This document shows positions 10,246 to 20,200 of a stretch of 64,000 nucleotides of DNA, one piece after another. Position 1 is the first letter of the stretch; every line of letters begins with the position of its first letter. Below the pieces are notes generated by a model that was not told the DNA's origin, made no database searches, and was given only the letters and a program-made list of their open reading frames with translations. The DNA lies in contig JBBRSP010000003.1 of the NCBI GenBank assembly GCA_038245295.1, positions 160,001 to 224,000 on the forward strand. The letters run 5' to 3'. The stretch comes from Candidatus Binatia bacterium. Its GTDB lineage: Bacteria > Desulfobacterota > Binatia > HRBIN30. Both the position numbers and the translations under genes were made by a program.

Positions 10246-11748
10246 ATGGGGCCGGTATCGCGAGCGTCGATGGTCGGCGTCTTGGCGTTCCTGGTCCTCG
10301 CCCCATCTGTCGTGGCGGCGGCGCCGGCCGTCGAGGCCCGCGCCGCGTTCGATGCCTTGCAGGCGCAGCGCTGCGCCGAGGCGGCGGAACGCTTCGAGGC
10401 AATTCTCAAAGTCTCCTCAGACAACGTCGCCGCGCAGTATGGTCGCGGCTTGGCAAGCAAATGCTTGGGCGAGTTCGACGCCGCGGCGCGTGATCTGCTT
10501 GTCGTTGCGAAAAAGTGGCCGGAACGTCTGGACGTGGCATTCGAGCTCGGCGCCGCCCTTACCAGCGCCGGCGCCTATCAGGACGCCAAACCCTGGCTGC
10601 TGCAGGCGCAGGCCGTGCCGCATCTGGAGGGGCCAGCCGCGCTGCTGCTCGGCCTGGGCGAGCTCCGACTCGGCAACCTCGAAGCCGCCAAGCTACGGTT
10701 CACGCAGGCGCGTTTGCGGTCGCCGCAGCTGGCTGGTCAGGCGAACTACTACTCCGGCGTTGCCGAGCTCCGACTCGGAAACCTGGATGCGGCCAAGGTA
10801 CTCTTCGAGGCCGTCCTGGCGGATACCAGCGACAGCGGCCTGCGGCGCGAGGCTATGGCCTTTGTGTCGACCCTGTCGGCGCCCCGGCCCCGCCCTTGGC
10901 GTCTGTTTGGAAGTGCCGGCATGGAGTACGACAGCAACATCATCTTGGCGCCGCTCGACCAGAAACTCTCGGGTGTGAGCGGAGCGCAGCAGGACGATGG
11001 GCGGGCCACGGTGCGAGCCGGCGCCAACTACACACTACTCAACACCGGGCGGGCCAGTCTCTCGGCGGGGTACTCGTTCTTCCAGAGTCTTCATTTTACC
11101 CTGCACGACTTCAACCTGCAGAGTCATCAGGCGAGCGGCGAGTTGAGCTCCGACATTGGTTGGGCAAGGTTCAACGTGAGCGCCGACTATCAGTTCTATC
11201 TGCGTACGGCCGACCTACGCGGCTTTCTGCATCAATGGTCGGTGCGGCCAGCATTCCGCAAAGACCTGGGGAGCTGGGGCATCAGTGAGGTAAGTTTCCG
11301 CTATCGCGGTCGCCATTTCATCGAAGACGGCTTTAGCGATCTCGATGGCACGGGCCTGGCGCCCGGTGCGCGGCATACCTTCTGGCTCGGCAGCCACGAC
11401 CGCTCTTTATCTCTTGGGTATCAGTTCGAAGAAGAAGATGTGAACTCGCAGAACGATCCGCTGCCGTTCTCCAATGAGGCCCACACCGGCCTGGTCGAGT
11501 TCTCGTGGGCTCTACCGGCACAGATACAGGCCGGGGCGCTGTATTCGTACACCTATCGCGACTATCCACGGACGGACCGGCCGCATCGGCGCGACTCGGC
11601 GAACTCGATCTCGGTCGTTTTGCAGCGGCCCATGCTCGAACACGTGGATCTGGTTCTTGGGTATCTTGGGGTGTTCAACGAGTCGAATGAGGCGGTGTTT
11701 CAGTACGAACGCCACGTCGCCGCCGTGGCAATTTCGGTGTGGTACTGA
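10246..11748 (+). CDS. TPR-repeat plus outer-membrane beta-barrel protein (DUF560/Slam-like)
   Basis: Signal peptide, several TPR-like helical repeats, GMEYDSN barrel start, alternating beta-strand pattern, C-terminal aromatic residue (SVWY). Confidence 0.7.
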   Translation: MGPVSRASMVGVLAFLVLAPSVVAAAPAVEARAAFDALQAQRCAEAAERFEAILKVSSDNVAAQYGRGLASKCLGEFDAAARDLLVVAKKWPERLDVAFELGAALTSAGAYQDAKPWLLQAQAVPHLEGPAALLLGLGELRLGNLEAAKLRFTQARLRSPQLAGQANYYSGVAELRLGNLDAAKVLFEAVLADTSDSGLRREAMAFVSTLSAPRPRPWRLFGSAGMEYDSNIILAPLDQKLSGVSGAQQDDGRATVRAGANYTLLNTGRASLSAGYSFFQSLHFTLHDFNLQSHQASGELSSDIGWARFNVSADYQFYLRTADLRGFLHQWSVRPAFRKDLGSWGISEVSFRYRGRHFIEDGFSDLDGTGLAPGARHTFWLGSHDRSLSLGYQFEEEDVNSQNDPLPFSNEAHTGLVEFSWALPAQIQAGALYSYTYRDYPRTDRPHRRDSANSISVVLQRPMLEHVDLVLGYLGVFNESNEAVFQYERHVAAVAISVWY

Positions 11749-11840
11749 ACTTGCGTAGTGGAGTGGTTAATCGCACGCGGCTAGGCTGCCTCGCGCGGAA
11801 AGTGTTTCAATTGAGACATCGGCGCGACATTCGCGACTCG

Positions 11841-12740
11841 ATGGTGAGACAGAGAGGGATTTGCTTGGCACAGCGGTGGTTCCAGACGATTGGCGTGCTC
11901 CAGCTAGCGTTGAGCCTTTGGCTCGTCACGCCGGCGGCGCCTGTGCTGGCTGATACTTCGGTCGGCGTCATCGTCGAGCTCACCGGTGCCGCCGAGGTGC
12001 GCAGCCGAGACAGCTGGCAGCCTATTAGCGTCGGCAGCTCTGTGGTGGTTGGTAGTGCGCTGCGCACAGGCCCCGAAAGCCTGATGCGCGCCGTTTTCTA
12101 CGATGGCTCGAGTCTTTCCTTCGAGCGCGACACCGAAGTTGTCATCGACGAGCATTCGTTTGATAGCGACAGCGGCCACTATCGTGCCCGCATCCGTCTG
12201 GTGCGCGGGAAGATCCGCCCGACGGTCGAACCGCAGGACGGCAAAACCGCCGCCTTTGAGATTGCAGCCGACAGCGTCACCGCCGATGCCGACGGAGCCG
12301 ACTTCATCGTCGAGTTCGACGAGCCCTCGGCTGTCACCAAGGTCACCAGCCTGCGAGGGCAGGTCGCCATCCACAGCTCCCTGGACCCAAGCAACTCCGA
12401 TGTCTTGATCACGGCGCGCCAGGTAACCAGCGTCAAGCGCGGTGAGGCTCCGGCCCCGGCACGTGCCGCCGACCGTCTGACCTTCTCTCAAGCCGGTGCG
12501 GAAAACGGTGTGCTCGGCAGCAGCTTGCCGGACGCGGCGATCTGGTCGCACCTGCTCGGGCCGATTGCCCACGGGCACGACGTGACGTCAACCGTTCTGC
12601 AGCAGCAACCACTGAACGGCACCGCCGAAGCGCGCCGTGCCAACTCGGTAAGCTCCGGCAACGACATGAGCTCGCTCACCGGTCGCCCGGCCAACCTGCC
12701 GGGCCAACTCGACTTCGGTATCATCGTCGGCCACCGCTGA
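11841..12740 (+). CDS. Exported FecR-domain protein
   Basis: Signal peptide then LRTGPES..FYDGS..DTEVVID..LVRGKI..GADF..VTSLRGQV FecR-like pattern. Confidence 0.7.
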   Translation: MVRQRGICLAQRWFQTIGVLQLALSLWLVTPAAPVLADTSVGVIVELTGAAEVRSRDSWQPISVGSSVVVGSALRTGPESLMRAVFYDGSSLSFERDTEVVIDEHSFDSDSGHYRARIRLVRGKIRPTVEPQDGKTAAFEIAADSVTADADGADFIVEFDEPSAVTKVTSLRGQVAIHSSLDPSNSDVLITARQVTSVKRGEAPAPARAADRLTFSQAGAENGVLGSSLPDAAIWSHLLGPIAHGHDVTSTVLQQQPLNGTAEARRANSVSSGNDMSSLTGRPANLPGQLDFGIIVGHR

Positions 12741-12803
12741 CACCGCCGGCAACGATGCGGCGCCACCTCTGGCGCGCCAGCGCATCGTTGCGACACGGAT
12801 TGC

Positions 12804-12836
12804 ATCTTCGCTAAATCTTCGATAGGCGAAATGTTC
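12804..12836 (+). promoter_or_regulatory. Candidate LexA operator (ATCTTCG direct repeat, 11-bp period)
   Basis: ATCTTCG-ctaa-ATCTTCG-ataggcgaaatGTTC about 30-65 bp upstream of lexA. Confidence 0.4.
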
Positions 12837-12867
12837 TTCCGATGTAGAGGTGAGGGAGATGTGGCCC

Positions 12868-13473
12868 ATGACAACGTTGACCAAACGACAGAAGCAATTA
12901 CTCGACTATCTCGACGAGTACATCGTCGCCCACGGCATCGCGCCGACCTTCGAGGAGATCGGCGAGCACTTTCATCTCTCTTCCCCTGCCACCGTTCATA
13001 AGCACCTCTCCAATCTCGAAGAGAAGGGCGTCATCCGGCGCAAATGGAATTTCAGTCGGGCCATCGAAATTGTCCGGCGCAAGCCTGCTGGGCGGGCTGT
13101 TGCGTTGCCCTTACTCGGCTCCGTCGCTGCCGGTCGTCCCATCGAAGCGTTGGAGACCGAGGAGTCCTTCGTCGTCCCGGAGGAGTTCGTGCGCCGCCGC
13201 AATACTTTTGTATTGCGGGTGAAAGGCGAGTCGATGATCGATGAAGGTATCTGCGATGGTGACTACGTCGTCGTCGAAGAGCGTCAAAGCGCCGAGAACG
13301 GCGAGACGGTCGTTGCCGTCATCAACGGCGCAGCGACCGTCAAGAAGTTCTATCGCGAAAGCGGCGATCGTGTCCGCCTGCAGCCGGCCAACGAGCGCCT
13401 CGTTCCGATAGTCGTTGCTGCCGCCGATCTGGAGATTCGCGGCGTGGTCGTCGCGGTGATGCGCAAGTACTGA
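12868..13473 (+). CDS. lexA: SOS repressor LexA
   Basis: LTKRQ..PT.EEI winged helix, VAAG cleavage site, GESM catalytic Ser, TVKK catalytic Lys. Confidence 0.96.
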   Translation: MTTLTKRQKQLLDYLDEYIVAHGIAPTFEEIGEHFHLSSPATVHKHLSNLEEKGVIRRKWNFSRAIEIVRRKPAGRAVALPLLGSVAAGRPIEALETEESFVVPEEFVRRRNTFVLRVKGESMIDEGICDGDYVVVEERQSAENGETVVAVINGAATVKKFYRESGDRVRLQPANERLVPIVVAAADLEIRGVVVAVMRKY

Positions 13474-13529
13474 GTTGGGTCGGACGTGTCCGGCAGGGGG
13501 CCGGGCGTATGACTCAAAAAGGTACCCAT

Positions 13530-14555
13530 TCAATGTGAGTGGCGGTGGTGCAGGTCGGGCCAGTGCGGGTGCGCGTGCACGAGTGGTTTGTGCTGATGTT
13601 GATGCGTGTGTGCCCCCGCCGGTGGTTCGGCATGCTCATGCACGTGATGGCCATCGTCGTGGGTATGGGCGTGGATATGGTCGGCAGCGTCGTGTGCGTG
13701 CGCATGGAGGTGCTGACTACGCATCAATAGCGCCACCGAAAGCAGGAAGAGTAGGGCGGCACCCACCTGTCGCGTCGAGACGACTTCGCCGAGGAAGAGC
13801 ACGGATGACGCGGCGCCGAGAAAGGGTGCACTGGCGAACACCGCTTGGGCGCGCGTAGCTCCCAAGCGCTGGGCGGCGGCGACGTGTAAGGCGATACTCG
13901 CCCCGTAGGAGACCGCGCCGACGGCCAGCGCTGCTGCCACCGTCGACCAGGAAGCGTGCAGCGGCGCAACCGCACAGCCGATCAACAGGTTCGCACCGCC
14001 GGCCAAGGTTCCTTTCCACAAGGTGCTGCGGATCGGTGTCATACCGTCGATCAGCGCCGAAAGATGGTTGTCCAATCCCCAGCAGACACAGGCGCCGCCA
14101 ACCAGCACCAGGGCCATCCAGCCCGCCATGCCGGCGTCGCCGCTCAAGAGCAGGCTCGAGAGTACGACTCCCGATACGGCGACCCAGCCGAGGCCTCCCA
14201 GGTGCTCATGGAAGAGGGCGACACCAAGCACCGCCGTGGCAATCATCTCAGCATTCAAGAGCAGCGAGACGGTCGTCGCCGTCGTCATCTGTAACGCCAG
14301 CAGCAACAAGATCGGCGCGACGATTCCTCCGAAGACGATGACGCCAGCCAGACGCCAGCGGTTGACGCGATCGAGACCGGCTCTCTGAGCCCGCGGCGGG
14401 GCGACCAAGGACAGCGGAAGCATGCCCAATGCCGCGCCGACATAGAGAAGTCCCGCGAGTTGCAGCGGTTGCAGGGATTGGAGCAGAACCTTACTTGCCG
14501 GCGCCGAGGCGCCGAAGAGTAGGGCGGCGGTGAAGGCCAGCAGGAGGCCGTACAT
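13530..14555 (-). CDS. EamA/DMT transporter with His-rich C-terminal tail
   Basis: 10 hydrophobic segments, WGLDN motif, tail ending HAHPHWPDLHHRHSH. Confidence 0.88.
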   Translation of the reverse strand: MYGLLLAFTAALLFGASAPASKVLLQSLQPLQLAGLLYVGAALGMLPLSLVAPPRAQRAGLDRVNRWRLAGVIVFGGIVAPILLLLALQMTTATTVSLLLNAEMIATAVLGVALFHEHLGGLGWVAVSGVVLSSLLLSGDAGMAGWMALVLVGGACVCWGLDNHLSALIDGMTPIRSTLWKGTLAGGANLLIGCAVAPLHASWSTVAAALAVGAVSYGASIALHVAAAQRLGATRAQAVFASAPFLGAASSVLFLGEVVSTRQVGAALLFLLSVALLMRSQHLHAHAHDAADHIHAHTHDDGHHVHEHAEPPAGAHTHQHQHKPLVHAHPHWPDLHHRHSH

Positions 14556-14586
14556 GGTAGGAACCTACCACAGGAAGCAGATCAGC

Positions 14587-15732
14587 CTAAAGGAACGAGG
14601 CGAAGATGGTATCGGCGATGCGCAACCCCTTCTGCGTCAGTCGCCAGGCCCGCTCGTGGCATTCGACGAGACCTTCCTCGATGAATGCTTCGACGTGTGG
14701 GAAAGCCTGAAGGAACGACAGCCGGAACAAGCGCTCGAAGACGTGCGAGTCGAACCCGTCGCGGCAGCGTAATGCGAGAAAGACAAACTCACCTTGCGCT
14801 TGCCGTGGGTTGAGCGCCTCGTGTTGTGCCTGCGCCGCACCGCTGCTGCTCGCCCGTTCCATGTACCGCGCGGGGTTGCGTTCGTTACCCCAGCGCTCGC
14901 CGTGTGGTTGCACCGGCGCATACGAATGAGCGCCGGCACCGACGCCGAGATAGCCGCCATACTGCCAATAGTTCAGATTGTGACGACAGGCGCGCCCAGG
15001 CCGCGCGTAGTTCGAGATCTCGTACTGCGCGTATCCGGCGTTCGCCAGACGTTCTTGGGTTTCGTCGAACATCGCCAGCTCGAGATCTTCGTCGAGTTGT
15101 TTCAATCGCCCCTGACCACGCCAGGCATGGAACGGGGTGCCTTCTTCGTACGTCAGGTTGTAGGCGGAGATGTGATCGGTCTCGAGCGCCAGGGCTTCGC
15201 GCAAGTCGTCGCGCCATTCGTCGAGGCTCTGATGTGGCAGCGCGTAGATGAGATCCAAGCTGACGTTGTCGAACCCGGCGGCGCGTGCCCAACGCACCGC
15301 TTGGCGTGCTTCATCGGCGCTATGAATGCGGCCGAGCCGGGCCAGATGTTGCGACTGAAACGATTGCACGCCGAAGCTCATTCGATTCACCCCGGCGGCG
15401 CGAAAACCGCCGAGCATGTTCTCGAGGAGCGTGCCGGGATTTGCCTCGAGGGTGATCTCCGCGCCCGACTCGATCGCCCACAGTGTTGCCACGGTGTCGA
15501 GGACCTGGGCGATGGATGCCGGCGCAAACAGCGAGGGTGTGCCGCCGCCGAAGAAGATCGTCGGAATGCTGCCGCAGCTCCATTCTGGTCGCCCGGCGTA
15601 GTGTTTCATCTCGGCGCAAAGGGCCGCCACGTAGTCGGCTTCTGGCCACCGATCAGCGGCGTACGAATTGAAATCGCAATACGGACACTTGGCGAGGCAG
15701 TAGGGAATATGGATGTAGAGCCCGAAGCGCAC
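14587..15732 (-). CDS. hemW: Radical SAM heme chaperone HemW (HemN-like)
   Basis: YIHIPYCLAKCPYCDF, GGGTPS, EANP, YEISNY and HNLNYW motifs. Confidence 0.92.
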   Translation of the reverse strand: MRFGLYIHIPYCLAKCPYCDFNSYAADRWPEADYVAALCAEMKHYAGRPEWSCGSIPTIFFGGGTPSLFAPASIAQVLDTVATLWAIESGAEITLEANPGTLLENMLGGFRAAGVNRMSFGVQSFQSQHLARLGRIHSADEARQAVRWARAAGFDNVSLDLIYALPHQSLDEWRDDLREALALETDHISAYNLTYEEGTPFHAWRGQGRLKQLDEDLELAMFDETQERLANAGYAQYEISNYARPGRACRHNLNYWQYGGYLGVGAGAHSYAPVQPHGERWGNERNPARYMERASSSGAAQAQHEALNPRQAQGEFVFLALRCRDGFDSHVFERLFRLSFLQAFPHVEAFIEEGLVECHERAWRLTQKGLRIADTIFASFL

Positions 15733-15804
15733 GTCGCCACTCTAGCGGCGGACACTGCGGTGTGCAGGGTGTGCCCGACCAAACTAGATCGTCGCGGCGA
15801 GCAA

Positions 15805-15978
15805 CTACTCGACCGGCTGCGGCGCCGGCTGTTTGATCAGTTCGCCGGTAGCCGGATCGAGGTTGATCATGGCCGTAACGAGCGGCAGGCTCGCGGTTCG
15901 AATCGGGTAAAAGGCCGCGGCGATCATCTTGTGCGCGACGGTTAGGCCACCTATGAGTTGCCCGATCGTGATCGGCAA
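15805..15978 (-). CDS. Possible 57-aa hypothetical protein or gene remnant
   Basis: Hand-translated TTG-start frame LPITIGQLIGG...LDPATGELIKQPAPQPVE with genome-like codon usage. Confidence 0.3.
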   Translation of the reverse strand: MPITIGQLIGGLTVAHKMIAAAFYPIRTASLPLVTAMINLDPATGELIKQPAPQPVE

Positions 15979-16020
15979 TTACTCTATCCAGGCTAGCCTC
16001 GTCGAGGAGCGCTCGCCGGC

Positions 16021-16896
16021 ATGCTGAAGGGTATCCTCCTGGCCGGCGGCTCGGGCAGTCGGCTGTATCCGCTGACGCGCGGCATCAGCAAGCAACTGAT
16101 GCCGGTGTACGACAAGCCGATGATTTACTATCCGCTGTCAACCTTGATGCTCGCCGGCATCCGCGAGATCGCCGTGATCACCACGCCGCATGAACAGTCG
16201 AGTTTCCAGCGCCTGCTCGGTGATGGCAGTGACCTCGGTCTCTCCTTGCAGTACTTCACGCAAGCGCGCCCGGGCGGTATCGCCGAAGCATTCCTGATTG
16301 CCAGGCAGTTCATTGGCAGCGACGCGGTCGCCCTCGCTCTGGGTGACAATCTCTACTATGGCCACGGCCTTCCCGATGTCCTGCGCGCGGCGGCGGCGCG
16401 GACACGTGGTGCGACGATCTTTGGCTACTGGGTAAAGGATCCGGAGCGCTACGGCGTGGTTGAGTTTGATGCCCAGGGCAACGCGATCGATCTCGTCGAG
16501 AAACCCGTTGCCCCCCGATCGCCCTACGCGGTTACCGGGCTCTACTTCTACGACAACGACGTCGTCCGCATTGCGACCGATCTGAAACCGTCCCCGCGCG
16601 GCGAGCTCGAGATCACCGACGTCAACCGCGTCTACCTGCAGGCCGGCACCCTCCACGTCGAGCGTCTGGGGCGTGGCTACGCCTGGCTCGATACCGGAAC
16701 CCATGAAGCGCTGTTGCAGGCTTCGAACTTCATCCATGCTCTCGAGGAGCGCACCGGGCTCAAGGTCGCCTGTATCGAGGAGATCGCCTTTCGCATGGGG
16801 TACATTTCCAAGGATGCCCTGTTGCGGCTGGCGCGGGCGATGGAGCAGAGCAGTTACGGCCAATATCTCTTGCGTGTTGTCGAGCAGCCTCATTAA
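16021..16896 (+). CDS. rfbA: Glucose-1-phosphate thymidylyltransferase
   Basis: [37 protein letters not shown]. Confidence 0.96.
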   Translation: MLKGILLAGGSGSRLYPLTRGISKQLMPVYDKPMIYYPLSTLMLAGIREIAVITTPHEQSSFQRLLGDGSDLGLSLQYFTQARPGGIAEAFLIARQFIGSDAVALALGDNLYYGHGLPDVLRAAAARTRGATIFGYWVKDPERYGVVEFDAQGNAIDLVEKPVAPRSPYAVTGLYFYDNDVVRIATDLKPSPRGELEITDVNRVYLQAGTLHVERLGRGYAWLDTGTHEALLQASNFIHALEERTGLKVACIEEIAFRMGYISKDALLRLARAMEQSSYGQYLLRVVEQPH

Positions 16897-16918
16897 CCCC
16901 AATGCGACAAAAGGTCTC

Positions 16919-17064
16919 ACCGCAGAGGGGCAGAGCGCGCAGAGGCCCTGCGCGGGAATGCCCTGCCGTGTCCGCAGCCGCTCAGTTCATTTTGAAGGAT
17001 GTTTGGTTTCCTCGTTCGATACGCGCTTTTGGCGGCGCTCTCTACGGCCCTGCGCCTCTGCGGT
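16919..17064. repeat. Palindromic REP/MITE-like element
   Basis: accgcagaggggcag ... ctgcgcctctgcggt inverted arms (1 mismatch in 15). Confidence 0.75.
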
Positions 17065-17276
17065 TAAGAATGAGACTGTCACATCAGGGTGAAGTTTCGC
17101 CGAACGCCTTTTCGCAAGCCGCGAGGCAACCGGATGCGTGCTCGACGTGCCACAAGCTGCGGAATTTTGCCGCTGTTCCCGTCGATGCGCCGCCAAGATA
17201 GTTGGTTGACCGGCAGACACACGCGGGCATACATTGTGCGTTCGGTGGGGTGGGAGTTGTGTTGATTGAAACCTTG

Positions 17277-20200
17277 ATGATGAGAATCTCGCGTCGTTCG
17301 CTTCACAGTCTGGCCATCGGCCTGCTTTGGTTCAGCTGCGCCAACCCGGCGCTGGCGGCGACGGCTCGCCTGGCACCTTCAACCGCCACCATCAACGGCA
17401 CCGGGCCGAGCGCCTCGACCACAATGGTTCTGACCGTCGACGGTCCGGCCGGCATTCTCGGCTATAATTTCGCCCTGATCTACGATCCCACCATCCTGTC
17501 CGTCCCGCCCGGTAATGTTACCGCCGGCAGCAGCGTCGGTGGCAGTTGCCTGTTCGTCGGCAACTCCAGCGTCGATGGAAAGCTGTGTCTGACGGTTGGC
17601 TGCACGACGGAGTTGGCCGGCGCTTCGGTTCAATTGGCCAATATCGAGTTCGACGGCGATATGAGTGGCGTCAGTGCCGTGCAGTTCGACCCGAGCGGCT
17701 GCACCAGCCCCGTGGCCAGCGATGGCTGCCAATTGGAGACGTCGTCCGGTACCGTGCCGTGCACCAATATGGACGGCAGCGTCACGGTGAATGCGGCAAC
17801 CCCGACGTTCACCATCGGCCTCACGGCAACCCCGACTCGCACGGCGACGCGGACGCCGACGTCCACGCCAACCTCGACCCCCACCCAAACTCCGACCTTT
17901 ACCCGCACGTCAACGCCAACCCGCACGCCGACCAATACGTCGACGCCGACACAAACACCGACCAACACACCGAGCTCGACTCGCACGTCGACACCGACGC
18001 TGACCCCAACCCGCACTCCCACCTCGACCGCGACGCGCACCCCAACGTTCACCCCGTCGGTCACGCCGACGTCGAGCGGCACGCCGACCCAGACGCCGAC
18101 GGCTACACCGTCGCGCACGCCGACCTCGACGTTCAGCCCGACGTCGACCTTCTTGCCGTCCAATACGCCGACGCAAACCCCGACAAACACCTCGTCGCCG
18201 ACCTTCACCTCGACGCCGACGGCGACGCCAACCTGGACAGCCAGCCGCACGCCGACACAAACATCGACCCGTACGGCTTCCTCGACACCAACCTCGACCC
18301 CGACCTTGACGCCATCGCGCACGCCGACGTCGACGGCCACCATCACGGCCACACCGACCAATACGCCAACCGGTACGCCGACCAAGACGCCGACCTCCAC
18401 CCCGACGTTGACGCCGTCGCGTACGCCGACCTCGACGGCCACGATCACAGCCACACCGACCGATACGCCAACCGGTACGCCGACCAGGACGCCAACATCG
18501 ACGCCAACGTCGACTCAGACGCCGACGCAAACCAGCACGACGACACAGACAGCGACCCGAACCGCTACGGCAACGCCAACCTCGACGCCGACGCAGACCG
18601 CGTCGCGAACGCCCACCGTCACGCTGACTCCGACATCGACGCGGACGCCGACGTTGACGCCTACCATCACAGGCACCGCGACGGATACGCCGACCCAGAC
18701 ATCAACGGCGACACAAACGCCGACGATCACCGCGAGCATCACCCGGACACCAACAATCACCGCAACGCCAACACGTACAGTGACCGGAACACTGCCGCCG
18801 ACAAATACGCCGAGTCAGACCGGGACCCGGACGCAGACCGGGACGGCGACGCAAACACCGACGAACACGCCAACCAACACGGCCACGTCGACGCGAACGC
18901 CCACGGCGACGCCGACCGCGTCGCCGTCGCGTACGCCTAGCGTGACGCAAACGCCGAGCCTCACACCCACGGGTACGCAGCCGCCGACGGAAACGCCGAC
19001 CAGGACGAATACACCGACACAGACGAGCACCGTCACCGCGACGAATACGCCGACCAAAACGGCGACAGCGACGCAAACCGCGACTCCGACACACATCCCG
19101 ACACAAACCGCCAGCCGCACGGCGACGATTTCGGCAACCCCTTCGCCGTCGCGTACTAGCACCGCGACCGCATCGCCAACCCGCAGCCCGAGCGGCACTC
19201 AGTTGCCGACCAGCACGCCAACGGTAACCGGAACGTCGACGTCGACACCGACTTCGACTAACACGGCGACGCCGACGGTGACGAACACGTCGACGCCGAC
19301 GCGGACGCCGACGATCACCGCGACCGCGACGATCACGCATACGCCAACGAGCTCGCCAACGGTCACGTTGACCGTAACCGGCACGCAACCCGCGACGGCA
19401 ACGCCGACGCGCACCGGCACGCCGACTTCGACGGCCTCGCGCACGCCCAGCCCGACGATAACGTCGACCCCCTCGCGCACTCCGACTCTGACCCCGAGCA
19501 CCACCGGCACGGCGACCGGCACACGAACCCAAACGGCAACAGTGACGGCGACGATCACACGCACGGCGACCAACACCCCGACCAGCAGCTTGACGCCGAG
19601 TGCGACACGTACCGCAACCCAGTCACCTTCAGCCTCGGTGCCGGCGACGTCGACCGTAACGTTGACGCCGCGTCCAACATCGACCGGCACGCCAGAGCCA
19701 TCATCGACGCCAACTCAGACGGGCACACGCACGGCCACGCCATCGCCGAGCCATACCGCAACGACGACACCGACCCCTTCGTCTACGCCAACGGCTACGC
19801 CGAGCCCAACCGCGTCACCGTCTCCGACATCGACGCCGACGGAGACATCGACGCCGACGCAAACCGCCACACCGACAGCCACGACCACTGGTCCGACAGC
19901 GACGTTCACCAAGCCGCCGACAATCACGCCGACCGAGACCAGTGCACCCGAGGCGAGTCCGACCCGTAGCGTGACGCGTACGCCGAGTGGCACGTTCACC
20001 CCCACCGATTCGCCTGTGCCAACCGGTACACGCTCGCCGAACCCGTCGCGAACCTTCACGATGACGCCAACGGCGACCAATACGGAAACGCCGACATTTA
20101 CGTTCACGGTGCGACCGACGTCGACGCCGACGACGACTCGTTCGGAAACACCGACCGAAACTCCCGTGCCGCAGTCTGCAACCCCGACGTTCACGAAACC

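Noticed and set aside
14794..15945. 383-aa plus-strand ORF
   Set aside because: Antisense to the well-supported hemW, with no recognisable motifs; typical high-GC shadow ORF
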